From: Opitutales bacterium
GTDB lineage: Bacteria > Verrucomicrobiota > Verrucomicrobiia > Opitutales > PNEW01
DNA length: 64,000 nucleotides
Direction: 5' to 3'
Assembly: GCA_965197745.1 (NCBI GenBank)
Contig: CBDANS010000006.1
Location: 768,001 to 832,000, forward strand
Below, in pieces: positions 37,910-48,704 of this stretch. Position 1 is the first letter of the stretch, and each line of letters opens with the position of its first letter. Position numbers and translations under genes: made by a program. Below the pieces are notes generated by a model. The model did no database searches, was not told the origin of the DNA, and saw only the letters and a list, made by a program, of their open reading frames with translations.

Positions 37910-39556
37910 TCTCCGTGTCTCATGCCGGGCACCTTTAGGCTGGATCTTAGCACCGATAATTTGGGGTTACCTATTAGGCCGTCATCATCCTTCTATAGAA
38001 GCTTCCATGCTGAGCATAGTGGGAACCTTGTGTGCCCTTATCGCGCTCTGCTCTGCTTGCACCGAGAATGAGTACTTTCACCGCTCATGGGCTATTTTAT
38101 TTCTTTTCGCCGGCACTTTTATGGCGTGGGGTTACTTCAATAGCCGTACAATAAAGATTTCTCCAGAATGGCTTATGCTTCCGCCACGGGAAGCCGAGTT
38201 AACCCTGAAACTCGAGCGTATTTATAAACACGCGGACTCATTTGGACAAATATCAGGCATCGCAAAAGTAGAGCAAGCACCCAAACATTTAAGCGATCTG
38301 CACGGGCAACGTATTTATTTTCAGCTAAGAACTGAAAAGGCAAGCAGCCCGTTGATTCGCACCGCCATTATTCGTGGTCGAGGAGTCCTTACTTTGATAA
38401 ACGAAACATCTGATAAAAGTGATTTTGAAGATTACCTGATACGTAGCGGCATCCACTACATATTAAAACGGGGCCGGGTAACCGGTATTATTGAAAAAGA
38501 ATTTCCTTTTTACCGAATGTGCTTTGAAACAAGCCATTTATTCCAATCCGTTCTGAAAGCAGGGAGCCCCCCTGACAGCGAATATGCCAGGGTATATATT
38601 GCCATGCTCCTCGGTAAAAGGATTGTTTTAACGCAGGCGCAAAAAGAACGCTTTCAAATTAGCGGAACCATGCATTTTTTTGCAGTGAGCGGACTGCATG
38701 TCGGCATTATTGCCATGGTCTTGAATTATTTTTTTTCCTATTACGGTTCTCCAATAAAACGAGGGTAGTAATCGGGCTTCTCCTCCTATTTATCTACGTA
38801 GAAATAACAGGGGCTGCACCGTCAGCAGTAAGGGCATTTTTAATGGTCGCGATTTTCTGGAGTTCTCAACTCCTCTTTCGTCAAGCAACTCCCTTTGCCG
38901 CTCTCCTCGCTTCGGGACTTTTCGTTTTAATCATCGATCCGCGGCAACTGTGGAATGCGGGCTTTCAATTATCTTATGCCGTAGTAGCGGGAATATTACT
39001 CTACGGCTTGCCATTGATGGAACGCATAAACAACGCGCTGATCTTATATCCGGGATTGCCGAGCGAGAGCTATCGGTGGCATCAACATCTGATTAAACAA
39101 TGTGTCCACAAGCTGACGGGACTATTTGCGATCAGCTTTTCGGCAAGTCTGATCAGCAGTCCATTAACTATTTATTACTTTAATCTTTTTACCCCAGGAG
39201 CCGTTTTATTAAATGTTATTTTGGTCACGATAGCCACCTTGGTTATCATTAATGGTGTCATTTCACTTTTCTTCGGCCTGCTCCAAATAACCGCGGTGAG
39301 TGCATTTTTGAATCACGGTTCCTGGGTCTTAATCTGGATTGTAAATGAAACCATCAACTTTTCAGTAGGCATTCCCGGATTTTTTAAGCGCATTGATTTC
39401 GACATAGATATTTTAGGTCCCTTAACTTTATGTGTCCTCTTGGTGTCCTTATTTTTTTGTCATTCAAAAAAGTATATAAATTCACGTATTGCTTATTGGG
39501 TGCCACCACTTATATTATTATTATTCATTGTATTCGGAACGCATCCTCTTAATTGA
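37899..39556 (+). pseudogene. comEC: ComEC/Rec2 competence channel split by a frameshift at a T8 run
   Basis: GTMHFFAVSGLHVG in ORF 37899-38768; GAAPSAVRA and GFQLSY in the next frame; one extra T in 38729-38736 restores a single ORF. Confidence 0.88.
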
Positions 39557-39568
39557 ATAATCGACATC

Positions 39569-39856
39569 ATGAAAAGCTCCTACGAACTCGCGATGGAACG
39601 GCTTAAAGCTTCTGATCCCGATAGTGTTAAAGAACTGACGGAAGAACAAAAAGAAGCACTCTCCGAAATCGACCAACGCTACAAGGCAAAGATTGCTGAA
39701 CGTGAGATCTTTTTAAAAAAGCAACTCGAGGAGATCATCAGTAAAGGTGAAATGGAAGAGATCGAAAATGTAACGAAACAAATGGCCAACGAAAAATCGC
39801 GTCTGGAAGAGGAGAGAGAAGAGGAAAAGAATAAAGTTCGCCAAGCAAATGAATAA
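39569..39856 (+). CDS. Small coiled-coil hypothetical protein
   Basis: MKSSYELAMERL start, highly charged helical composition. Confidence 0.75.
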   Translation: MKSSYELAMERLKASDPDSVKELTEEQKEALSEIDQRYKAKIAEREIFLKKQLEEIISKGEMEEIENVTKQMANEKSRLEEEREEEKNKVRQANE

Positions 39857-39941
39857 TGCGTCGCACCGTTAACAGGTCGCGATACCCAGACCGGCGGAGC
39901 AGATTGTAGAGTAAGAGAACACGCGCGATATTATTTACGTT

Positions 39942-40676
39942 TTAAAGTTCGAACTCTGCGACAAGGATAAGGTGATCCGAAGCCCTGGTGTCATGGACGG
40001 TGCTGGCTATTAACTTAAGCTTTTCGTTATAAAATATGTGATCCAAGGTATAGGGCTTTCGTTTCCAGGTAATGACTTCCGTCTGCGATGTACGATAGCC
40101 GGCAGATTCGATGTGTTTCACCGTCGATTCTCCCGGAGCAATGTTAAAATCCCCACAAAGCACTGCCGGACCCTCGGGCTGTTTAGTATGTTGCGTGATA
40201 ATTTCTCTTTGCTGGGGATAATCATCGCTTGAATATCCAATCATAAAAAAGGCCTGTAAATGAGTATTGAAAATTTGGATCTCATTACCCTCAAAAGAGG
40301 TTCTCGCGCTGATAAGCAGTCGATTTGTGGGTGTCGTTACCTTTCCACTATAGGTAAAATTTAAAGACGGGGCGGGTAAGTCGATAGAGAGGGTATTGTA
40401 TAGTTTTGTTTTGGAGAGAAGAGCCAACCCATAACCAAAAGGGAGTTCATGTTTATCTTCGCAGGGATATTTGAAGTAGGCGTCATATTCCGGCAACGCT
40501 TCCTTGATGCGATTAAAATTGGGGGGTGGGTTAACCTGGACTTTATCAGGTTCTACTTTTTCCACCTCTTGTAAAACGATAAGGTCGGTATCATGTTTTT
40601 TAAGTTCCTCAATAGTCCCTTCAATCTCAACCGGTGGTTCCGATAATTTAGTATTCCACGGTTGCCCGAACTGCAT
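39942..40676 (-). CDS. Endonuclease/exonuclease/phosphatase (EEP) family protein
   Basis: LQEV, NTHL, GDFN, LDHIF, SDH; frame stays open upstream (FRVLTFNM), so the true start may be near 40706. Confidence 0.9.
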   Translation of the reverse strand: MQFGQPWNTKLSEPPVEIEGTIEELKKHDTDLIVLQEVEKVEPDKVQVNPPPNFNRIKEALPEYDAYFKYPCEDKHELPFGYGLALLSKTKLYNTLSIDLPAPSLNFTYSGKVTTPTNRLLISARTSFEGNEIQIFNTHLQAFFMIGYSSDDYPQQREIITQHTKQPEGPAVLCGDFNIAPGESTVKHIESAGYRTSQTEVITWKRKPYTLDHIFYNEKLKLIASTVHDTRASDHLILVAEFEL

Positions 40677-40746
40677 ATTAAACGTTAATACTCTGAACGT
40701 AGCTATGAGCGGGGATTAAATAGTCTTTTTTATGAATTTATTGCAG

Positions 40747-41301
40747 CTATGGGCTCGCCTTACCCGCGACTACAGATTTTACCGGCAGACCAGGTTTCAT
40801 CGCATGCGACCTTCTAAAGTTGTATCGGTTGATATCTTGCATCGATAACGACCCCGGTAAGATTTTATTTATTCGCTTTTGGGAATTGGAGAGAATAAGT
40901 GGCACGCCTTTATCCCCGACCAATTTTGCGTGCGGCCACATATGAATTTTTTTAGTTAAATCTGTTTTTTCCCGGGTATTTTCTGCTTTGAAAACGGCTA
41001 AACGATAATTTTTCAAGATTCTGTTATCATTTATTTTATTCCCCTGGAAAGCATTCGAGGTGACTATTTCTTTATTCATTAAAGAGATACCAGAACGGTA
41101 AAATTGCCGATGGATCACGCCATGTTGTTTAACGTTTTTCGTAGGGACAAGGCGCTTATTAAACACACCTGATTGCACACGCGTGGTCTTAAATCGAGAG
41201 CCTACATGGGAGTAATCAGTATTTTTAAATTGGCCACAAGCGAGCGAAGTAATTAACAAAACCTGGACCAGGATGAGGCTGTTTTTCACTGCATTGCCCA
41301 T
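40747..41301 (-). CDS. Hypothetical secreted basic protein
   Basis: Signal peptide; C-terminal SMQDINRYNFRRSH..PGLPV. Confidence 0.6.
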   Translation of the reverse strand: MGNAVKNSLILVQVLLITSLACGQFKNTDYSHVGSRFKTTRVQSGVFNKRLVPTKNVKQHGVIHRQFYRSGISLMNKEIVTSNAFQGNKINDNRILKNYRLAVFKAENTREKTDLTKKIHMWPHAKLVGDKGVPLILSNSQKRINKILPGSLSMQDINRYNFRRSHAMKPGLPVKSVVAGKASP

Positions 41302-41428
41302 TGTAATTACCGGATAACAGATAGGTATACCTAGGCAAGCATTAATTCCCTTACAAACGATATCATAAAGACGGAATTATAAGAGGATGCCGTTGACTTA
41401 GCTAAATGGATTTGAATATTACTAGCTA

Positions 41429-42229
41429 ATGCGACAATATCACGAGTTACTTAAATTGGTCCTCGATAAAGGCAAGATACGTAAAGATCGAACAGGAGTA
41501 GGGACACACTCGGTATTTGGAGCGCAAGCCCGCTATTCACTAGCGGAAGGATTCCCCTTACTGACCACGAAAAAAGTACATTTTAAATCGATTGCTCACG
41601 AATTGATATGGTTTCTCACAGGCAGCGGTAACCTCCAATATCTTCACGATAATAAAGTCAGTATTTGGGATGAGTGGGCCGACGAGAACGGGGACCTGGG
41701 GCGAATATATGGCGTCCAGTGGATCAACTGGATAACCCCCGACGGTCGTTCGATAAACCAGATTGAGCGTGTAATCGAACAGATCAAAACAGATCCAACG
41801 AGTCGACGTCACCTTGTAAGCGCATGGAATGTTGGCGAACTTGAGCAAATGGCTCTGTTACCTTGCCACGTTTTTTTTCAATTTTATGTCGATACTGATG
41901 AAAATACATTGAGTTGCCATTTATACCAGCGAAGTGCTGATTTATTCCTCGGTGTTCCATTTAATATCGCTTCCTATTCACTGCTTACGATGATGGTCGC
42001 ACAAATCTGCGGACTCAAGCCGGGAGAATTTATCCATACCTTCGGTGACCTGCACATTTATACCAATCACCTTGAACAGGTCGAGTTGCAGCTTTCACGT
42101 GAATTTCGCCCATTACCTCATTTAAAACTCAATCTCGATATCAAAAAAATCAGCGATTTTACATATGAGGACCTGGAACTTCTCGACTACAACCCCCATC
42201 CTTCCATAAGAGCATCGATTGCGATATGA
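41429..42229 (+). CDS. thyA: Thymidylate synthase
   Basis: [33 protein letters not shown]. Confidence 0.98.
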   Translation: MRQYHELLKLVLDKGKIRKDRTGVGTHSVFGAQARYSLAEGFPLLTTKKVHFKSIAHELIWFLTGSGNLQYLHDNKVSIWDEWADENGDLGRIYGVQWINWITPDGRSINQIERVIEQIKTDPTSRRHLVSAWNVGELEQMALLPCHVFFQFYVDTDENTLSCHLYQRSADLFLGVPFNIASYSLLTMMVAQICGLKPGEFIHTFGDLHIYTNHLEQVELQLSREFRPLPHLKLNLDIKKISDFTYEDLELLDYNPHPSIRASIAI

Positions 42230-42699
42230 GACCCTATAAAGCGATTGCCGCAATGGCGCTCAATCGCGTTATCGGATCCGATAACAAAATACCCTGGCAT
42301 ATTCCTGAAGATTTTAAATGGGTGAAGGAAACAACAACGGGGCAGATTGTGGTGATGGGACGTAAAACATTTGAGTCTATAGGTCGTGCCTTGCCAAACC
42401 GTGAAAACATTGTCCTTAGTCGAAGTCCCTTACATTTTCCGGAGATAAAGATTATTCACGGTCTTAATGAACTGGAGCGCATACCCGCCGGGAAAGAAAT
42501 ATGGATATTAGGGGGCGCTGAAATTTATCGCCAGACTCTGCCCCATTGTTCTGATCTCTACCTCACGGTTATTAAGCGTGAAGTCGAAGGTGACACTGTC
42601 TTTCCTCCTTTTGAAGATTTATTTCATCTAAAAGAGATCCTGCGTGAGGAAAATGAATTCCGCATAGAGCACTATTTAAATACGCACCTGCAGGATTAG
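42226..42699 (+). CDS. folA: Dihydrofolate reductase
   Basis: [39 protein letters not shown]. Confidence 0.97.
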   Translation: MRPYKAIAAMALNRVIGSDNKIPWHIPEDFKWVKETTTGQIVVMGRKTFESIGRALPNRENIVLSRSPLHFPEIKIIHGLNELERIPAGKEIWILGGAEIYRQTLPHCSDLYLTVIKREVEGDTVFPPFEDLFHLKEILREENEFRIEHYLNTHLQD

Positions 42700-42985
42700 G
42701 GACTGCTGATTTGGATGATGTCGGACTTCGTCCTCGGTACGATTGCGGATCGTGCCTGGAGGATATAATATATAAGCAATAGTGATAAGTGATATGGAGG
42801 GCCACGCTCCGACGTGGCTGCTTAGGTTTCCGCATTCACGCGGATACGCTTAAACGAATTTATTTTTTCATTATGACGAAGACGAAGAGGCGGACCCGAC
42901 TTCGTCCTCACGCGACTGCGGGATGGGATTCCGCCGTGGCAAGCAAAGACGAAGATTATGGTGACTAATCTTACCTTAATGTCAT

Positions 42986-43187
42986 AGCCCCAGAGGGGCG
43001 TTATATATTTAGCCCATTGCGTAAGCAATGGGTATAGGAGATATTATAAAACCTGAAGCCCCGGAGGGGCGACACAACATATGTCCCGACCGTACTTGTG
43101 TCGCCCCTCCGGGGCTTTTATGTTGTTTTTACATTTATACCCACAGCTCGCGCTGTGGGCTAAGTTTATCACACCCCTCCGGGGTGA
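42986..43187. repeat. Nested palindromic REP/MITE-like element
   Basis: Perfect 22-bp IR AAGCCCCGGAGGGGCGACACAA (43056-77 / 43096-117) inside outer IR pairs (TTAGCCCA..TGGGTATA / TATACCCA..TGGGCTAA). Confidence 0.8.
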
Positions 43188-43244
43188 AATTTCAATAATA
43201 TTAAGGGACGAAGATTTTCGTGGTCAGTCTTTATCTCAGAGAGA

Positions 43245-46157
43245 TTACTTTCTTCCTCGTACCACTTCTACCCAGTGCTTGGGTTTGAAGCCAAAGGCGT
43301 CGAGAAGTTGGTGACGACAGCTGAATCCACAGGCCACCACTGTGGTATTTTCATCGCGCTCGCGTATGGCGGGGAAAAGCCTGTCTTCACCAATCTTTTG
43401 TGAAAGCTCATAATGTTTCTTTTCATAGCCGAAGGCCCCCGCCATACCACAACACCCTGAACTAATTTCGTTAACGGTAAGACCCTCGACATGTCCAAGA
43501 ACAGCTTTCATTGCCGCGGTACCAGAAGTTGCTTTCTGATGACAGTGGCCATGAATCAGAATGTCTTTACTGGGGGAGAGGAAATCTGGAGAGATATTGC
43601 CCGACTTTATCTCACGGGCAATAAAGACATCAATCATCGTAACATGCTCTTTTATTCGCTCTCCGAGTTCTTCATCATCGATAAGATCGGGAAGGTCATC
43701 GGTCAAAGCCGTGGCACAGCTCGGCTCGCATACGACAACTTCTAAGCCCTCCTTAATATATTTATCGAGCCCGTGGAGCGTTTTAAGGCCATCGCGATGC
43801 GCGAGTTTAAGCAGACCGTGAGAGATGCGCGGGCGTTGACAGCAACCGGCCTGGGCGAGGATCACTTCGTAACCGCACGATTCCAACAGTTCGGTAGCAG
43901 CGCGTCCAATATTAGGTTCGTGATAATTTAAATAGGTATCATCGAAAAGAACCACGCATTTTGTATTATTCCCACTCCCATTACTTTTACTGTGCCGGTT
44001 AAACCATTTGGCAAAGGGTTCACTCGTATAAGAAGGTAAATTACGTCGGGCATCAAAACCAGTTACCCATTCGAGCACTTTTCGAAATAGGAGTGTTCGT
44101 TGAATCCCATTGATCAGAGGGGCAAGAAATCCGGAATTAAATTTTGCTGCTTTAGCTGATGCCGCAATTAATCGGTCGGCCAGCTTCAATCCATGCTTAT
44201 TATAGTAACCCTGCAAAAATTCGCTTTTAAGCTTGGCCATGTCCACATTACTAGGGCATTCCGATTTGCAGGCTTTACACGAGAGGCAGAGATCGAGAAC
44301 ATCATGAAGTCTATTGCTAGTCATCCCGTCAGGGCCCAGTTGCCCGGTCATCGCCAGGCGCAGCGCGTTTGCCCGCCCCCGGGTAGAATGTTCCTCATCA
44401 AGTGTCGCCATGTAGCTGGGACACATCGTGCCGACATTTTTCTTACGACAGGCACCCACCCCGTTGCACATGTGAACAGCCTCAAAAAAGTCCCCATCAT
44501 CGCGGAAATTAAAATGCCCTTCATGTTTTTCCGTTTTATAATCTGTGCCGAACCTGAGGTTTTGATCCATGGGCACAGCATCGACGATATTACCGGGGTT
44601 CATCAGCCCTTGAGGATCAAAGAGTTTTTTAATCTCTTTAAATTGCTTGAATATCTGAGAGCCGAAAAATCTTTCCAGGAATGCACTGCGGACCCGTCCG
44701 TCTCCGTGCTCGCCACTCCACGAACCACCATAAGATTTAACGAGGGCAAAAGTATCGTCGGCAATGCCTTTCATACGATCAATATCATCCTGCTTTCGCA
44801 AATCGAGGATGGGACGCACATGGATGAGGCCAACACTGGCGTGCGCATACATGATAGCCGGCGTCTCGTGTTTTTTACATATTTTAAGAACATTATCGAT
44901 ATATTCCGGTAAAACATCAACCGGGACAGCGGCATCTTCGATAAAGGGTAACGGCTTACGTTCGCCTTTCATGCCGAGCATAAGACCGAGTCCATTTTTC
45001 CGGAGCGTCCAGATACGCTCCTGATCGTCCCCTCCAGGAAATATCGGATAAGCATAACCCAGACCCCTATCGGTCATGTCCTTTGCCATACCCTCGGCGC
45101 GCTGAATTAACTCATCCATATCATCGCCAAAGAATTCAACAATAAGTATCGCTGCCGGGTCCCCTTCAATAAAGGAACATAAAGGAGCCATATCATGGTT
45201 CTTGCGTGCGAGCTTTATCACGGCATCATCCATAATTTCGACGGCCGACGGATTGTGCTTAACAATCCAGGGAACCGCACTTATCGATTCGAGTAATTCA
45301 GAATAATGGGCAACACAAAGAATTTTTTCTTTAGGCAACAGCTCGAGATTGACTTTCGCCTCAAGTAAGGTGACAAGCGTTCCTTCACTGCCCGTTATCA
45401 GTTTAGACAGGTTCCAGCGCTCGGATTGATGAAATTCATCGAGATTATAACCCTGGACACGACGCATTATTTTAGGAAATCGTTTTCCGATTTCCTCACG
45501 GTTTTCCTCTATAATTCTTTGAAACTCGGTGTAAATAAGCGCTTCACGGGTGTCGCCTTGCTTTTTCTCTTCATATTCCTCCGGGGAAAGCTCTTTGCAT
45601 TCCATCACCGCACCATCAGCAAGGAGGATTTTCGCTTCCAATACCTGGTCCACCATTTTGCCAAAAATAATGCTTTTTGTGCCGGATGAATTGTTTCCGA
45701 TCATGCCACCGACATTAGCCCGGTTGGCGGTAGAGGGATCGATTGCGAGGTGCAAACCGTGCTCGGCAATAATTTCATTAAGTTCGTCTCGCACGATTCC
45801 CGGTTGAACACGAACCCACCGCTCCTCGACATTAAGCTCGAGGATCCTGTTCATATACTTTGAGAAATCCAAAATAAGCGCAGCTCCCACCGTCTGGCCG
45901 CCGAGGCTTGTTCCCCCACCGCGTGGTAAAATTGGGATTTCATATTCATGCGCTGTACTTACCGCCGCTAAAACATCTTCTTCGTCCAGTGGTAAAAAAA
46001 CGGCGAGAGGATACTTCTGGTAAATACTTGCATCCGTGGCATAGAGACCAAGAGACATTTCATCAAAGTGAAGGTCGCCACGAACCCGACTCCTTAATTT
46101 TTCAGCAAAGGCATCAACTTCTGAATTCAATTCTGTGGGCTGTGCAGTTTTAAGCAT
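43245..46157 (-). CDS. FAD-linked oxidase + Fe-S/CCG domain fusion (YdiJ / GlcD-GlcF-like 2-hydroxyacid dehydrogenase)
   Basis: PRGGGTSLGGQ, SGEHGDG, CLSCKACKSECP, CCGMAG. Confidence 0.9.
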   Translation of the reverse strand: MLKTAQPTELNSEVDAFAEKLRSRVRGDLHFDEMSLGLYATDASIYQKYPLAVFLPLDEEDVLAAVSTAHEYEIPILPRGGGTSLGGQTVGAALILDFSKYMNRILELNVEERWVRVQPGIVRDELNEIIAEHGLHLAIDPSTANRANVGGMIGNNSSGTKSIIFGKMVDQVLEAKILLADGAVMECKELSPEEYEEKKQGDTREALIYTEFQRIIEENREEIGKRFPKIMRRVQGYNLDEFHQSERWNLSKLITGSEGTLVTLLEAKVNLELLPKEKILCVAHYSELLESISAVPWIVKHNPSAVEIMDDAVIKLARKNHDMAPLCSFIEGDPAAILIVEFFGDDMDELIQRAEGMAKDMTDRGLGYAYPIFPGGDDQERIWTLRKNGLGLMLGMKGERKPLPFIEDAAVPVDVLPEYIDNVLKICKKHETPAIMYAHASVGLIHVRPILDLRKQDDIDRMKGIADDTFALVKSYGGSWSGEHGDGRVRSAFLERFFGSQIFKQFKEIKKLFDPQGLMNPGNIVDAVPMDQNLRFGTDYKTEKHEGHFNFRDDGDFFEAVHMCNGVGACRKKNVGTMCPSYMATLDEEHSTRGRANALRLAMTGQLGPDGMTSNRLHDVLDLCLSCKACKSECPSNVDMAKLKSEFLQGYYNKHGLKLADRLIAASAKAAKFNSGFLAPLINGIQRTLLFRKVLEWVTGFDARRNLPSYTSEPFAKWFNRHSKSNGSGNNTKCVVLFDDTYLNYHEPNIGRAATELLESCGYEVILAQAGCCQRPRISHGLLKLAHRDGLKTLHGLDKYIKEGLEVVVCEPSCATALTDDLPDLIDDEELGERIKEHVTMIDVFIAREIKSGNISPDFLSPSKDILIHGHCHQKATSGTAAMKAVLGHVEGLTVNEISSGCCGMAGAFGYEKKHYELSQKIGEDRLFPAIRERDENTTVVACGFSCRHQLLDAFGFKPKHWVEVVRGRK

Positions 46158-46158
46158 A

Positions 46159-47277
46159 TTATTTATTACTCATTATATTTTCCAAAGCAGCCAGAAATAA
46201 ATTTACATGATTGGTAGAGCTGCTGCAACCCATAAGTCCGATGCGCCAGACTTTACCGGCAAATTCGCCGAGCCCGGCACCGATTTCTATATTATATTCA
46301 TTAAGTAAACGGCTCCTGGTAGAACGATCTTCCAGACTCGCGGGTATTTTAACCGCATTCAGGTGCGGGAGTCGGTACCCTGGGGCAACGACAAATTCGA
46401 AACCCAGTTTCTCCAGCCCATCACGCAAGCGTTCATGATTTTTTTGATGGCGCGCATAACTGGCTTCCAACCCCTCTTCAAGGACGATTCTCAATGCTTC
46501 ATATAGCGCGTAATAGGACGATATGGGTGCGGTGTGGTGATAAACCCGCTCTGAGCCCCAATATTTCTTTAATAAATTCACATCGAGAAACCAACTTTGC
46601 ACCTTACTTTTTCGGCCTTCTACAACAGCCATTGCCTGTGGACTGAATGATACGGGGGACAAACCTGGCGGGGCGCTCAGGCATTTCTGAGAACAACTGT
46701 AAATAGCGTCAATTCCCCAATCATCGACACGCAGCTCGACACCACCGAGAGAGGTCACTGCATCCACAAGAAACAATGCACCGGCTTCATGGACCATTTT
46801 GCTGATTTCCTCCAATGGTTGAAGAACACCCGTTGACGTTTCAGCATGAACGATAGCTACCAGTTTAGCTTTACAGGTATCGAGCGCCTGCTGGACTTGC
46901 TTCGGATCGATGGGTGAACCCCAGGGTGCATCGACACGAATTAATTCGCCACCGCAACGTTCGACAATGTCGCACATCCGGTTGCCGAAGTAACCATTTA
47001 CACCTATGATGACCGTATCGCCCGGCTCAATCAAATTCACAAGACAGCATTCCATTCCAGAGCTAGCGGGCGCGGAGAGAGCGAATGTCATTTCATTCTC
47101 AGTGCAAAAAACCTGTTTGAGCATGGACTTGATCGTGTCCATTATACTGAGAAACGCTGGATCCAAGTGACCAACCAGGGGGGTGGCCATAGCGCGCAAA
47201 ACCCTGGGGTGGGCGTCGCTGGGCCCCGGGCCCATGAGAATTCTCGGTGTAGGTGTCAGTTCGCTGTTGCTATTCAT
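46159..47277 (-). CDS. Alanine/serine--glyoxylate aminotransferase (class V PLP)
   Basis: MGPGPS, HAETSTGV, DAVTSLGG, SQKCLSAPPG, YHHT, WRIGLMG. Confidence 0.93.
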   Translation of the reverse strand: MNSNSELTPTPRILMGPGPSDAHPRVLRAMATPLVGHLDPAFLSIMDTIKSMLKQVFCTENEMTFALSAPASSGMECCLVNLIEPGDTVIIGVNGYFGNRMCDIVERCGGELIRVDAPWGSPIDPKQVQQALDTCKAKLVAIVHAETSTGVLQPLEEISKMVHEAGALFLVDAVTSLGGVELRVDDWGIDAIYSCSQKCLSAPPGLSPVSFSPQAMAVVEGRKSKVQSWFLDVNLLKKYWGSERVYHHTAPISSYYALYEALRIVLEEGLEASYARHQKNHERLRDGLEKLGFEFVVAPGYRLPHLNAVKIPASLEDRSTRSRLLNEYNIEIGAGLGEFAGKVWRIGLMGCSSSTNHVNLFLAALENIMSNK

Positions 47278-47507
47278 AATTACTCTTAAATAGGTGTAAA
47301 ACAGGGGGAAAGTTATTGATTATTGCCAGTAAGACAAGCTGCTTTGTCAGCTTCGGATATGAAACTATTGCATTTAAACGCCTCTTTAGGTCTCTTCTTT
47401 ATTCTTTACCCTCGGCATGCTCATCATTAGAACCTCTGTGTATAGGTGTTTATTAGAAGAAATGCGAATACCTGTCGGGTAAAACCTTAAGTTTTATTTT
47501 TGCTACC

Positions 47508-48704
47508 ATGATCACTTCCACATCATCCAGCGCCAGTAATGATATCGTTGAACGTTGCAGTAATGACGCTCAGACACGCCTTCGCTTAAAATACAATCCT
47601 TATTACCTTGCTTTTGAGGAGCAGAAAGGATCCCACGTCTGGCTTGATGGAAAAGAGTTAATTATGCTCAGTAGTAACGATTACCTGGGATTGAGTGACC
47701 ATCCCAAGGTTATCGAAGCAGGTAAAAAAGCATTGGAGACCTGGGGAGGGGGAACAACCGGATCACGTTTTGCAAACGGTAGCCGTCGTTTTCATGAAGA
47801 ATTAGAAGAGGAACTGGCGGCATTTGTGGGGAAAGAAGCCTGTCATGTAAGCGTCGCCGGTTATATCTCATGTATGTCTTCAGTTGAAGCCTTCGCCAAA
47901 AAAGGTGACCTGATTATAGTTGATCGTAATGTGCACTCCAGTCTTTGGGCAGGAATTGGAAACACAGGAGCCCGCCTCGAAAGATTCGCACATAACAATA
48001 TCAATAATTTGAAGGAAGTACTGAAAAATGAAGCTCCCGAAATAGCAAAAATGCTGGTAATCGAAGGGGTATTCTCGATGGAAGGTCATATTGCCAATCT
48101 TTCCGATTACATAGAGGTCACCCAAAACCAGAACTGTTTCATTGCGATTGATGATGCTCACGGTTTTGGAGTGCTTGGTGAACAGGGTAGGGGTACTGCG
48201 GACCATTTTGGTGTCACCGATCAAGTGGACATCATCTCAGGCAGTATGTCCAAATCGATGGGAAGCACAGGCGGATTTGTCACAGGGTCCAGCGAGATCA
48301 TTGAATATCTCAGGACTCATTCGAAACAAACTATATTCAGCGCGGCATTAAGTCCTTCCCAGAGTGCATGCGCACAAGCTGCTTTAAATATTATTAAAAC
48401 CGAACCGGAACACTATCAGCGCCTTTGGGACAACACCCGCTACTATAATAAAATACTCTCAGACTTAAATCTCGACACCTGGGGCAGTGAAACCCCCGCG
48501 ATACCACTTGTTCTTGGAGAATTAGAGCGCGCTTATTACTTTTGGAAAAAGCTGATGAAGAGAGGGGTATTTACAAACATTATTGTTCCCCCCGCGGTCT
48601 TACCTAACAAGATTCTTATTCGAACTGCCATGTCGGCGCGCCATACCCGGGAAGATTTGGATAAAATAGGTGAGGCGATGTCCTTTGCCGCCAAGGGTCT
48701 TTGA
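47508..48704 (+). CDS. Alpha-oxoamine synthase family, serine palmitoyltransferase-like
   Basis: NDYLGL, GTTGSRFANG, EGVFSMEG, DDAHG, SMSKS (PLP Lys), IFSAA. Confidence 0.85.
   Translation: MITSTSSSASNDIVERCSNDAQTRLRLKYNPYYLAFEEQKGSHVWLDGKELIMLSSNDYLGLSDHPKVIEAGKKALETWGGGTTGSRFANGSRRFHEELEEELAAFVGKEACHVSVAGYISCMSSVEAFAKKGDLIIVDRNVHSSLWAGIGNTGARLERFAHNNINNLKEVLKNEAPEIAKMLVIEGVFSMEGHIANLSDYIEVTQNQNCFIAIDDAHGFGVLGEQGRGTADHFGVTDQVDIISGSMSKSMGSTGGFVTGSSEIIEYLRTHSKQTIFSAALSPSQSACAQAALNIIKTEPEHYQRLWDNTRYYNKILSDLNLDTWGSETPAIPLVLGELERAYYFWKKLMKRGVFTNIIVPPAVLPNKILIRTAMSARHTREDLDKIGEAMSFAAKGL

Noticed and set aside
44193..44912. 239-aa antisense ORF (and the many other short ORFs opposite strong genes)
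   Set aside because: Shadow frames of well-supported genes, with no motifs or independent start signals
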